Of a DNA stretch of 64,000 bases, positions 30,917-40,238 are shown piece by piece. The notes under the pieces are model-generated. The model worked only from the letters and a program-made list of their open reading frames with translations. It did no database searches and was not told the DNA's origin. Each line of letters opens with the position of its first letter. Within the stretch, counting starts at the first letter, position 1. Source of the stretch: Vulcanimicrobiota bacterium (GTDB lineage Bacteria; Vulcanimicrobiota; Vulcanimicrobiia; Vulcanimicrobiales; Vulcanimicrobiaceae). The position numbers were made by a program, and so were the translations under genes. Where the stretch lies: positions 1,312,001 to 1,376,000 of the forward strand of contig CAVTCS010000003.1 in assembly GCA_963733295.1 (NCBI GenBank). The letters run 5' to 3'.

Positions 30917-31618
30917 TTGAAGCAGCGTCGCTCCACGCGGTCCCATTTTTCCATAACCTTGCGGGTCGGGCTTGCGCTGGCGCTGGGCGTGAGCCTCGCG
31001 TTCGCAACACGAGCCGGTGCGCAAGCCCCGCCGCCGCCGCCGGTGCCCAACCCGAACGCGACCCCCTTGGCACCCGGACCCGCGATTCAGCCTAGTCCCG
31101 GCACGCCGGTGCCCAGCGCGACGCCCATTCCGACGCCGAGCCCGGCTCCGAAGGGAAAGCACCACAAGGCCGCGCCGAGCACCCCGGCCGGCGCCACGCC
31201 GACACCCACGCCGACCTCGCCCGCTTTCGCGACCCTCGACGGCACGTGGGAAGTCCAAGAGCAATATATCGATAGGACGGTTTACTCGTATCTCGACCTC
31301 AAGCAGTCGCCTTCGGGTGACTTGAGCGGCCGCTGGCGCTGGAAAAACGGAAAGCTTTACCCGCTCGAGGGCAGCTATGACGGCCGCAATTTCAAGATGA
31401 TCGTCAAAGGGCCCGACGGCGACTACAACCTCAGCGGCTTCGTCGAGGCGGCCTCCGACATGATCGGTCTGATCGACGACGGCAAGGGCAAGGACCCGAT
31501 CCCCTTCACCGCCGAGCACCGCCAGGCGCAACCCAAAGGCATCCTCCGCCGCGGCGATACGGTGCCGGCCGCTCAGCCGACGAGCGGTGCGACGCCGTCC
31601 TCCGGTACGCACTACTAG
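30917..31618 (+). CDS. Hypothetical secreted Pro-rich protein
   Basis: Signal peptide (AGA-Q), Pro/Thr linker, LDGTW...LSGRW...LEGSYDG beta-barrel-like domain. Confidence 0.75.
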   Translation: MKQRRSTRSHFSITLRVGLALALGVSLAFATRAGAQAPPPPPVPNPNATPLAPGPAIQPSPGTPVPSATPIPTPSPAPKGKHHKAAPSTPAGATPTPTPTSPAFATLDGTWEVQEQYIDRTVYSYLDLKQSPSGDLSGRWRWKNGKLYPLEGSYDGRNFKMIVKGPDGDYNLSGFVEAASDMIGLIDDGKGKDPIPFTAEHRQAQPKGILRRGDTVPAAQPTSGATPSSGTHY

Positions 31619-31668
31619 ATTCCGCTCGAGGCATAGCGAGCGCGCTGTCCTGCGTCGAAGGCATCGGC

Positions 31669-32973
31669 ATGGACGATCACGAGTTCGGGTTTCGGACGCG
31701 CGCGCTGCACGCCGGGACCCCGCCCGATCCGGCCACGGGCGCGCGCGCGTTGCCGATCTACTTGTCCTCCAGTTTCGTGTTCGACTCGACCGAGCACGCG
31801 GCCGAGCTCTTCGCGTTGCGAACCTACGGCAACATCTATAGCCGGATCGGAAATCCCACCGTGGCTGCCTTCGAAGAGCGCATGGCGAGCCTCGAAGGCG
31901 GCCTCGGCGGCGTCGCGACCGCGAGCGGTCTTAGCGCGCAGCTGAGCGCGGTGCTCAGCATCGCGCAGAACGGCGACCACGTCGTCGCGGCGGCGAGCCT
32001 CTACGGCGGCACGATCACGCAATTCAACGTAACCCTCAAGCGCATGGGCATCGACTGCAGCCTCGTCACAGGGGACGACGTTTCCGCCTTCGCGGCTGCC
32101 GTCCGCCCGAATACGAAACTGCTCTTTACCGAAACGATCGGCAACCCGCTCGGAAACGTGGCCGACCTGTCGGCACTCGCGCGCGTCGCGCACGACGCGG
32201 GGATCCCGCTCGTCGTCGACAATACCTTCGCCACGCCCGCGCTGTGCCGGCCGATCGAGTGGGGCGCCGACATCGTCACCAACTCGGCAACGAAGTTCAT
32301 CGGCGGCCACGGTACCGTCATCGGCGGCATCATCGTCGAGTCGGGAAAGTTCCCGTGGTCCGCCGGAAAGCATCCGCTCCTTTCGGAACCGAGTCCCGGT
32401 TACCACGATATGAACTTTGCCGAAACGTTCGGCGAGTTCGCTTTTCTGATGCGGGCCAGGGTCGAAGTGCTGCGCGACGTCGGAGCCTGCCTCTCGCCAA
32501 TGAACGCCTGGCTCATGCTGCAAGGACTCGAGACCTTACCGCTCCGCATGCGCGCCCACGTCGAGAACGCGCGCGCGATCGCCGCGTTTCTGCGCGGGCG
32601 GGACGAAGTCGCTTGGATCAACTACGCCGAGCTCGATGACAGTCCGTACCGCGCGCTCGCGCGGCGTTATCTACCGGAGGGCGCGGGCGCGATTTTTACC
32701 TTCGGACTGCGCGGAGGACGCGAGGCGGGTCGCGCCTTTATCGAAGCGCTCGAACTCTGGAGCCATCTCGCGAACGTCGGCGACGCGAAGAGTCTCGTAA
32801 TCCATCCCGCTAGCACGACGCACCAGCAGCTCGGCGACTCAGAGATGGCCGCTGCCGGCGTCACCCCTGAGATGGTTCGGCTTTCGGTCGGCCTGGAAGA
32901 TCCCGCCGATTTGATCTGGGATCTCGAGAACGGCTTGCGCGCGGCGCGAGCCGCGGCTGAGGTCCGCGCGTGA
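31669..32973 (+). CDS. metY: O-acetylhomoserine aminocarboxypropyltransferase / sulfhydrylase (MetY)
   Basis: GNIYSRIGNPT, ETIGNP, VDNT, NSATKFIGGHG (PLP Lys), HLANVGDAKSLVIHPASTTH. Confidence 0.93.
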   Translation: MDDHEFGFRTRALHAGTPPDPATGARALPIYLSSSFVFDSTEHAAELFALRTYGNIYSRIGNPTVAAFEERMASLEGGLGGVATASGLSAQLSAVLSIAQNGDHVVAAASLYGGTITQFNVTLKRMGIDCSLVTGDDVSAFAAAVRPNTKLLFTETIGNPLGNVADLSALARVAHDAGIPLVVDNTFATPALCRPIEWGADIVTNSATKFIGGHGTVIGGIIVESGKFPWSAGKHPLLSEPSPGYHDMNFAETFGEFAFLMRARVEVLRDVGACLSPMNAWLMLQGLETLPLRMRAHVENARAIAAFLRGRDEVAWINYAELDDSPYRALARRYLPEGAGAIFTFGLRGGREAGRAFIEALELWSHLANVGDAKSLVIHPASTTHQQLGDSEMAAAGVTPEMVRLSVGLEDPADLIWDLENGLRAARAAAEVRA

Positions 32974-33455
32974 TCCTAACCACCGTTTCGCAGCGACGCG
33001 ATTTGCTGGCGCGCTCGCGCACGGTGGCAATGGTCGGCGCCTCCGCGACCGTCACGCGTCCGAGTTATTTCGTCTTCTCGTACTTGCGCACGCGTGGAAG
33101 GCTTGACGTTGCGCCGATCAATCCGGCGTTGCAAGAGATCGATGGCGTCAAAGCCTATCCGAGTCTCGCCGCCTATGCCGCCGAGCGCGGCGCCCCCGAC
33201 ATCGTCGACGTGTTTCGCAAGCCGGCCAACGCACCGCAGGTGACGCGCGAAGCGATCGCGGCGGGCGCGAAAGCGATCTGGTTCCAGTACGGAGTCATCA
33301 ACGACGAAGCGATCCGCTTGGCCGTCGAAGCCGGCCTCGACGTCGTGGTCGATCGCTGCATCAAGGTGGAATCGGCACGCTTCGACGGCGGTCTTTCGGT
33401 CGGCGGCCACAATTCGGGCCTGATCACCGCGCGCCGGGTGGCGCCGGCGCGGTGA
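32970..33455 (+). CDS. CoA-binding protein (YccU-like)
   Basis: TVAMVGAS, DIVDVFR, IWFQYG, VVDRCIKVE. Confidence 0.9.
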   Translation: MILTTVSQRRDLLARSRTVAMVGASATVTRPSYFVFSYLRTRGRLDVAPINPALQEIDGVKAYPSLAAYAAERGAPDIVDVFRKPANAPQVTREAIAAGAKAIWFQYGVINDEAIRLAVEAGLDVVVDRCIKVESARFDGGLSVGGHNSGLITARRVAPAR

Positions 33456-34543
33456 ACGCGCGCGAGCTGGACGACGCCTTTTTGGCGATCGTCGCGGATT
33501 GGAGAGGAGGAGGTCCCGGTTGCGACGAGCGCCGCTTCGACGAACTGGCGCGCGCCACGTTCGCCTACCAGATCGCAGCCAACGAACCGTACGCGCGCTT
33601 CGCGCGCGCCCGCGGTTTCGACGCCGGCCGCTCGCCACGCACCTGGCGCGAAATTCCGGCCGTCCCCTCGAGCGCATTCAAGGACGCAACGCTCGCGACG
33701 TTCGACGTGCGCCAGGCCGAGTGCGAATTTCACACGAGCGGGACGACCGCCGCGAATTCCGGCAAGCACTACCTCGAGCGCGCAGCGTTGTACGACGTTT
33801 CTCTGCTGGCCGGCTTCGACCGTTTTATGCTCGCGGACCAGCCCAAACTGCGCTATCTCAACCTCGTGCCAAACCCGCGCTTCCACAAACATTCGTCGCT
33901 GGGCTACATGCTGGGGCACGTTGGGGTGCTACGCGGCGACGGCAAGGCCGGCTACTTTCTGGACGAGGATCGCGTCGACGTGGCGGGCTTGAGGGCGGCT
34001 CTGCAGCTCGCGCTGGCCGAAGATCGGGCGGTTTGCCTAGCGGGAACGGCCTTCGCTTTCGTCTCGCTACTCGATGCGCTACAGGCCACGCGCGAGACCT
34101 TCGCGCTGCCGCGCGGCTCGCGGATCATGGAGACCGGCGGATTCAAAGGCCGCACGCGCAGCGTCTCGCGCGACGAACTTTACCGCGGCCTCGCGCTCGC
34201 GTTCGGGATCCCCGAGCCGTCGATCGTCGCCGAGTACGGCATGACCGAACTCGTGAGCCAATACTACGACGAGCCCGCCTCGCGTGACCGCGTCCGGCGC
34301 GTCAAGGTCTCGCCACCATGGCTGCGCAGCCTGGTGGTCGACGCGGAGGGACGCGAAGTCGCGCCGGGCGAGACCGGTTCTCTGCAGCACCTCGATCTCG
34401 GTAATCGCTCGTCGGTCGTAGCGGTCGCAACCGAAGATCGCGGATACCTCAGCGGTCCCGGCATCGTGCTTCTCGGCCGCGAAAGCGACGCCGCGCCGCG
34501 CGGCTGTTCGCTCGACGCCGAAGAACTGCTCGCGCGCCGCTGA
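33452..34543 (+). CDS. LuxE-like acyl-protein synthetase
   Basis: IPAVP..AFK, FHTSGTT (adenylation P-loop), METGGFKGR, EYGMTELVSQYY, C-terminal PRGC acylation Cys. Confidence 0.88.
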   Translation: MNARELDDAFLAIVADWRGGGPGCDERRFDELARATFAYQIAANEPYARFARARGFDAGRSPRTWREIPAVPSSAFKDATLATFDVRQAECEFHTSGTTAANSGKHYLERAALYDVSLLAGFDRFMLADQPKLRYLNLVPNPRFHKHSSLGYMLGHVGVLRGDGKAGYFLDEDRVDVAGLRAALQLALAEDRAVCLAGTAFAFVSLLDALQATRETFALPRGSRIMETGGFKGRTRSVSRDELYRGLALAFGIPEPSIVAEYGMTELVSQYYDEPASRDRVRRVKVSPPWLRSLVVDAEGREVAPGETGSLQHLDLGNRSSVVAVATEDRGYLSGPGIVLLGRESDAAPRGCSLDAEELLARR

Positions 34544-35769
34544 ACGCCGGCGACTTCCCGCTACGCGCGCGTCAGATCGTCGACGCGCTCGCCGACGCCG
34601 CCGCGCGTTGGCGCAACGCCGATTTTCCCCAGCGCGTCCGCGCGACCGCTGCGCTCGCGACTCGGCTCGGCTATAGCGAGCCGGTCGTCGAGTACGCGCT
34701 CGACCGCTTGTTCGAAGACGTGACGCGCGACTCGCTGATCGCGGTTATCGAAAGCGAACTGGGTTCGCTCGAGTCCCTCGACGGTTTCACCCGGCGCCGG
34801 GGACGGCCGGACGTTTTCTTTCGCGGCGTCGCGCGGGCCGCCATCGTTTCGAGCGAAACGACGATCGGAGTCGCCATTCCGCATCTGCTCTTCGCACTCT
34901 GCGCGAAAGTTCACGTCGACGTCAAAGATCGCGACGATCATTTCGTCGCAGGCTTCGTGCAAACGATCGTGGAGGAGCGGCCCGAACTCGGAACGCTGGC
35001 GCGAGTTGCAGCGTGGAGCGGCTCCGACGCTGCGCTGTCCGGCCTTCACCTGGCCGACGCCGACGTCGTCGTGGCGTTCGGTGGAGACGACGCGCTGCGC
35101 GCGATTCGCGCGCAACTCAAACCCGAAGCGCGCTTCGAGCCCTTCGGACGGCGAAGCAGCGCCGGTTACGTCGCCCGCGAAACGCTCGCAAGCGAGATGA
35201 CGGCAGCCGACTGCGCGCGCGCCGCGGCACGCGATGCGCTCCTGTACGACGGCTCGGGCTGCCTTTCGCTCCACGCGCTGTTCGTCGAGCGCGGCGCTGC
35301 CGTTGCACCCGCGGACTTCGCGCGCCTCTTAGGACGAGCGTTCGACGCGCTCGCGGTCGAGTTTCCGCCCGCCACGCTTGCGCCTGACGCCCCCAGTCTC
35401 GCCTTCCGGCGCCGGCTCGAATTCGCAAACGCCCAGGGCAACGAGCCCGCGCTCGTCACCGCCGCAAACTTCGTCGTTGCGCTCGATCCCTGGACGGACG
35501 AGCCCCCGCCGCTCGTGCGTCGCGTGCTCGCGCTCTACTCCGTCGATGGCCCGGGGGAAGCGCTCGCGTTCATCGAACGACATCGCCTCCCGCTCGAGGG
35601 CTTTGCGGCATGCCCGGCGGAGCGCGCCGACGTTTACGACGTCGCGCTTCGGAGCGGGGCGGCGCGCATCACGCGGCTCGGCCGCCTGCAAGCACCGCCG
35701 ATCGCCGGCAACCATGGAGCCAAGGAGCGCGTGCTGCCCTTCGTGCAGGCGATCTATCGCGACGGATGA
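34540..35769 (+). CDS. LuxC-like acyl-CoA/acyl-protein reductase (probable CTG start)
   Basis: ADVVVAFGGD, FGRRSS, YDGSGCLS catalytic Cys, GAARITRLGRLQ.P...HG; 56 plausible codons upstream of TTG 34708 reach a CTG overlapping the luxE-like stop. Confidence 0.85.
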   Translation: MNAGDFPLRARQIVDALADAAARWRNADFPQRVRATAALATRLGYSEPVVEYALDRLFEDVTRDSLIAVIESELGSLESLDGFTRRRGRPDVFFRGVARAAIVSSETTIGVAIPHLLFALCAKVHVDVKDRDDHFVAGFVQTIVEERPELGTLARVAAWSGSDAALSGLHLADADVVVAFGGDDALRAIRAQLKPEARFEPFGRRSSAGYVARETLASEMTAADCARAAARDALLYDGSGCLSLHALFVERGAAVAPADFARLLGRAFDALAVEFPPATLAPDAPSLAFRRRLEFANAQGNEPALVTAANFVVALDPWTDEPPPLVRRVLALYSVDGPGEALAFIERHRLPLEGFAACPAERADVYDVALRSGAARITRLGRLQAPPIAGNHGAKERVLPFVQAIYRDG

Positions 35770-37073
35770 GCGAGCTGGAAGCGATCGTCACCAAGATTCC
35801 GGGTCCGCGTTCGTGCGAGCTCGCAGCTTCGCTCGCGCGCACCGAACCGCGCGGCGTCACCTACCTCGCCGACGACTTCCCCATCTTTTGGGAATCGGCA
35901 TCGGGCTCGATCGTCACCGACGTCGACGATAACCGTTACATCGATTTCACCTCGGCCTTCGGCGTGGCGCTCACCGGACACGCGAATCCCGCGGTCGTGA
36001 CGGCGATCGCCGAGCAGGCCGGCCGCTTGCCGCACGGAATGGGCGACGTCCACCCGACCGCGGTGCGCGCCCGGCTACTCGAGAAACTCGCCACGCTGGC
36101 GCCGCTCGACCGGCCGCGGACGTTTCTCTGTTCGACCGGTTCCGAAGCGATCGAGTTCGCTCTCAAGAGCGCGGTTCTCGCGACCGGCGAACCGAACGTG
36201 CTCGCCTTCGGCGGCGCATATCACGGCCTCTCATATGGCGCGCTCGAAGTCGTGGGGATTCCAAAGTTTCGCAAACCCTGGCTCAAGCAGCTGCGCGAAA
36301 CGACGACCTTCGTGCGCTATCCGGACGGACGCGAACGCGGCACGCTCGAGCGCGCGCTCGACGGCGTCGAGAAAACGCTCAAACGCGATCGCACGATCGG
36401 GGCGGTTCTCGTCGAGCCGATCCAGGGCCGCGCCGGCGTGATCCTGCCGCCGGAAGGCTTCTTGCGCGGGCTGCGCGGGCTTTGCACCCAACGCGACACG
36501 CTCCTGATCCTCGACGAAATCTTCACCGGTTTCGGGAGAGCCGGAACCTACTTTGCTTGCGAACGCGAAGGCGTGCGTCCCGATATTCTGTGCGTGGGCA
36601 AAGCGCTGGGCGGCGGATTCCCCATCTCGGCTGCGATCTTGAGCGGCGAGGTCGCGGAGGCGTGGGAACCGTCACAGGGCGAGGCGCTGCACACCTCGAC
36701 CTTTCTCGGAAACCCGATGGGCTGCGCCGCGGCGCTTGCGAACCTCGGGGAGATCGAGCGCTTGGCGTTGCCCGATCGCGCACGCGAACTTGAGACGTCG
36801 ATCGCCGAGCGGCTGCACGCAATCGAGCGTTACAATCCGATCGTCATCGACATTCGAGGACGCGGCATGCTCTGGGCCATGGAGTTCAAGGAGCCGGCGG
36901 CGGCGAACGCCTGCGTGAAGAGCGCGCTCGCGGGTGGTCTGATCCTATTGCAGTCGGGGCTGCGCGGCGAGTGCGTGACGATCGCGCCGCCGCTGGTCAT
37001 CACGCGCGAACAGCTGCGCCGCGGTCTCGACCTGCTGACCGACGCCTTGCGCACGCGCGCATTCGCACTTTGA
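35766..37073 (+). CDS. Class III PLP aminotransferase (GabT/ArgD-like)
   Basis: DVDDNRYIDF, TGSEAIE, AYHG, EPIQGRAG, DEIFTGFGRAG, GKALGGG, HTSTF.GNP. Confidence 0.92.
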   Translation: MSELEAIVTKIPGPRSCELAASLARTEPRGVTYLADDFPIFWESASGSIVTDVDDNRYIDFTSAFGVALTGHANPAVVTAIAEQAGRLPHGMGDVHPTAVRARLLEKLATLAPLDRPRTFLCSTGSEAIEFALKSAVLATGEPNVLAFGGAYHGLSYGALEVVGIPKFRKPWLKQLRETTTFVRYPDGRERGTLERALDGVEKTLKRDRTIGAVLVEPIQGRAGVILPPEGFLRGLRGLCTQRDTLLILDEIFTGFGRAGTYFACEREGVRPDILCVGKALGGGFPISAAILSGEVAEAWEPSQGEALHTSTFLGNPMGCAAALANLGEIERLALPDRARELETSIAERLHAIERYNPIVIDIRGRGMLWAMEFKEPAAANACVKSALAGGLILLQSGLRGECVTIAPPLVITREQLRRGLDLLTDALRTRAFAL

Positions 37074-38098
37074 AGCCGCTTCGCGTCGGGATCGCCGGCG
37101 TGAGCTTCGGCGCAATCGTCCACGCCCCGGCGTACGCCGCGCAAGGCCGCTTCGAAGTCGTCGCGCTCGCCTCGCCGAGGCGAGCCGCCGAGATCGCGCG
37201 CGAACGGAAGATTCCGCACGCTTTCGCTTCGACCGACGAGATGTTGAACGGCGTCGAGCTCGACGTCGTCTCGGTCGCGTCGCCGCCCTTCGATCATCGT
37301 GCCTCGGTCGTCGCCGCCCTCGCGCGCGGCAAGCACGTCCTCTGCGAGAAACCCTTCGGCTTGAACGTCGCTGAGTGCGAAGAGATGCTTGCGGCTGCGA
37401 AACGCGCCGGGACGGTCTGCGCGATCGCGCACGAGTTTCGCTTCGTGACGCCAAGGATCGCGGTGCGCGAGCTCGTTCAAAACGGCCACCTCGGGCCTCT
37501 GCGTGAGATCGAGATCGACGTTTTTTCGTCGCGCTTGCGCGCGGAGGCCGAGCGCCCGAACAGCTGGTGGTTCGAAAAGCGCCGCGGCGGCGGGATGGCC
37601 GGCGCGATCGTCTCCCACCTCGTCGATCAAGCCAACTGGCTTGCCGGGCGGGCTCCCCGCCGCGCGACCGGCTACCTGCGCACCGCGAATCCCGTGCGGC
37701 ACTACGAAGGCGAGACGTTTTCGGTCGACGTCGACGACGGCGCTTTCGCCGTACTCGATTTCGGTGACGGCCTCGTCGCGCGAATCGCTGCCGACGCGAC
37801 GCACGCCGTCGATTCGTCGCTTCTCGCCGTGCATGGCGAAAAGCTGACAGCCGTCGCGAGCGGCCCGAACGTTATCGAGAGCCGGCTCTATACGGTCGAC
37901 GCCGACGAGACCGCCGAACTCGAACTGGCTCCCGACAAGCACGCGAACCTTGTGGCGGCGCATGGCAACTTGCCGTCCTTCGTCTCGCTTCTCGACGAGT
38001 TCGCGAACGCCATCGACGGCAAGCCGGCCGAATATCCGACCTTCGCCGACGGCCTTGCGACCCAGCGCGTTCTCGCAGCGATCGGCTACGGCAGCTAG
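37070..38098 (+). CDS. Gfo/Idh/MocA family oxidoreductase
   Basis: RVGIAG, GKHVLCEKP, GGGM....SHLVD; TTGA overlap with the upstream gene. Confidence 0.9.
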   Translation: MKPLRVGIAGVSFGAIVHAPAYAAQGRFEVVALASPRRAAEIARERKIPHAFASTDEMLNGVELDVVSVASPPFDHRASVVAALARGKHVLCEKPFGLNVAECEEMLAAAKRAGTVCAIAHEFRFVTPRIAVRELVQNGHLGPLREIEIDVFSSRLRAEAERPNSWWFEKRRGGGMAGAIVSHLVDQANWLAGRAPRRATGYLRTANPVRHYEGETFSVDVDDGAFAVLDFGDGLVARIAADATHAVDSSLLAVHGEKLTAVASGPNVIESRLYTVDADETAELELAPDKHANLVAAHGNLPSFVSLLDEFANAIDGKPAEYPTFADGLATQRVLAAIGYGS

Positions 38099-39384
38099 GC
38101 CCGGCGCACCTCGGCTGCGTGATCTCGCTCGAGATGACGCCAAACCAAGTTCAAGCCGGCGATGACGGCGCGGCGGCGGATGTCGTCGCGGTTGCCGGGA
38201 AGCGTCGCCTTGCGAGTCTCGATGTCACCGTCGTCGCTCGCGACGGCGAACCAGACCAGGCCGACCGGTTTATCCGGCGTTGCGCCGGTCGGTCCCGCGA
38301 TTCCCGTGGTCGCCAAGGCGATGTCGGCGCCGAGGTGGCGGCGTGCACCCAGCGCCATCGCGCGCGCGACCTCTTCGCTGACCGCACCGTGTTCGCGCAA
38401 GACCGCCTCCGGAACGCCGAGCAGTTCGGTTTTGAGCGCGTTGTCGTAGGCGACGACCGCGCCGCGAAAGACGGCCGAAGCCCCCGCGACGCGCACGAGC
38501 GCGTCGGCAACTCCGCCGCCGGTCACCGATTCGGCCGTCGCGATCGTCGCGCCACGCGCCGCGAGGCCCGCCACGATCGCCGACTCGAGCGTCTCGTCGT
38601 CGGTGCCGAAGATGCCTTGTCCGATGCGTTCGCGCACCTCCGCTTCGACCGGGCCGATCAAGGCGTCGGCGGTGGCCCGGTCGCGCGCTTTGGCCATGAT
38701 CTTGACGTCGACTTTGTACTCGTGCGCGAGCACCGCGATCTTCGGGTTCTCGAGCGTGCGAAAGAGCGACTCGATGCGCGAGTCGACGTCCGATTCGGAA
38801 ATGCCGACTGTGTGCAGCGTTCGCGTGTAGATGGCATCGCGCAACCCGTAGCGGGTGACGAGCCAGGGTACGAGCCGTTCGCTCAGCATCGGCTTCATCT
38901 CGCGCGGAACGCCCGGCATGCAGGCCACGAATTTGCCGTCGGCCCGCAACGCGATGAAGCCCGGTGCGGTTCCGTGCGGATTGTCCATAACGACCGCCCC
39001 GGCCGGCAGGATCGCTTGACGGCGGTTGTTCGGACTGATGGGCGTCGTTCGTCCGAGCGCCGCAAAACGCGCCTCGATCGCGAGCACCGAGGGCTCGTGC
39101 AGCTCGAGGGAGGTTCCGACTGCGGCGGCGACGGCTTCTTTCGTGAGGTCGTCGACCGTCGGACCGAGGCCTCCCGTCGTGATAACGCCGTCGGCGCGCT
39201 CGAGCGCGCGTCGCAACAGCGCTTCGAGGCGCTCCGCGTTATCGCCGACCGAGTGCTTGAGATAGACGTCGACGCCGTGATCGGCCAGCGCGCGGGCCAC
39301 GAGGGCCGAGTTCGTATCGACGAGCTGCCCGAGCAAGATCTCGGTCCCGATCGTAACGATCTCGACGTGCACGGGAACGCTCAA
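38095..39384 (-). CDS. cinA: CinA-like protein (MoCF domain + NMN deamidase PncC)
   Basis: IGTEILLGQLVDTNS, TTGGLGPTVDDLT, GTAPG, MPGVPREM, TAESVTGG, TTGIAGP. Confidence 0.94.
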   Translation of the reverse strand: MSVPVHVEIVTIGTEILLGQLVDTNSALVARALADHGVDVYLKHSVGDNAERLEALLRRALERADGVITTGGLGPTVDDLTKEAVAAAVGTSLELHEPSVLAIEARFAALGRTTPISPNNRRQAILPAGAVVMDNPHGTAPGFIALRADGKFVACMPGVPREMKPMLSERLVPWLVTRYGLRDAIYTRTLHTVGISESDVDSRIESLFRTLENPKIAVLAHEYKVDVKIMAKARDRATADALIGPVEAEVRERIGQGIFGTDDETLESAIVAGLAARGATIATAESVTGGGVADALVRVAGASAVFRGAVVAYDNALKTELLGVPEAVLREHGAVSEEVARAMALGARRHLGADIALATTGIAGPTGATPDKPVGLVWFAVASDDGDIETRKATLPGNRDDIRRRAVIAGLNLVWRHLERDHAAEVRRA

Positions 39385-40238
39385 TAGTCGACCGGCCGCA
39401 AGTAGAACTCGTTGATCGCGGTGTCGGAAAGCATGGCCGTGGTCGGAAGGTGGCGCTTCCAATGCGTCCCGTCCACGCGCGCTCGTACCAGCGCGACCTC
39501 CTCAGGCGAGAATCCGCGCGCTGCGATTCGGCCGTCGTCGTAGCCGAGCAGAATCAACGAGAGAATTCCGTCAGCTTTGGCGTAGCTGATGCCCAGATCG
39601 CCTTCGTCGGTCTGATTGGCTTCGAGGTCGGCGCTCGGCGCCTTGTCCACGATTTCTCGCGGGACGCCGAGATGACGCGCTAGCGACCAGACTTGCGTCT
39701 TGAACAGATCGCCCAGCGGGTTGAGCGGGGGTGAATCGTCGGCATGCCAGGTGAAATATCCCATCAGCCGTTCGGTCTTGTTACCGGTCCCGATCGGCAA
39801 CGCTCCCAATTTCTGCGACTGATCGAAGAGCACGATCATGCGCGTGCGCGCCATGATGTTCCCGCGACGGCGGGCGTCGGCCTGTGGTTCGAATTGCAAG
39901 TAGCCGTCGACCGCGGGACTGATGTCGATCGTCGCGGAGCGGCAGCCGAGCGCATCGATGACCCGCTGCGCGTCGGCTAAACTATCCGGGCTCGACGTCC
40001 GGTAGGGCATGCGAATCGCGTAGGTATGCTCCGGACCGATCGCGCGCGCGCAAAGGAACGCGGTGACCGCCGAATCGACGCCGCCCGAAAGTCCGACGAC
40101 GGCGTTGCGGATGCCGCGACGCTCGATCAGTTCGTCGCGCAGAAACTCTTCGAGCCACGCGGCCGCGAGCGGCCCGTCGATTTCGAGCGAGGGCAAACGC
40201 GGGACGGTCGCGTCGATCACCGGAAGCCGGCTCGTCAT
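39381..40238 (-). CDS. nadE: NAD+ synthetase (synthetase subunit)
   Basis: GLSGGVDS, GNIMARTRM, GTGNKTE, DLFKTQV, PSADL. Confidence 0.95.
   Translation of the reverse strand: MTSRLPVIDATVPRLPSLEIDGPLAAAWLEEFLRDELIERRGIRNAVVGLSGGVDSAVTAFLCARAIGPEHTYAIRMPYRTSSPDSLADAQRVIDALGCRSATIDISPAVDGYLQFEPQADARRRGNIMARTRMIVLFDQSQKLGALPIGTGNKTERLMGYFTWHADDSPPLNPLGDLFKTQVWSLARHLGVPREIVDKAPSADLEANQTDEGDLGISYAKADGILSLILLGYDDGRIAARGFSPEEVALVRARVDGTHWKRHLPTTAMLSDTAINEFYLRPVDY

Noticed and set aside
31619..31668. SAM riboswitch or T-box upstream of metY
   Set aside because: Only 50 nt of intergenic sequence and no matching conserved motifs.
33452..35769. Bioluminescence (lux) operon
   Set aside because: No luxA/luxB luciferase or luxD in the window; the neighbours are an aminotransferase and an oxidoreductase.
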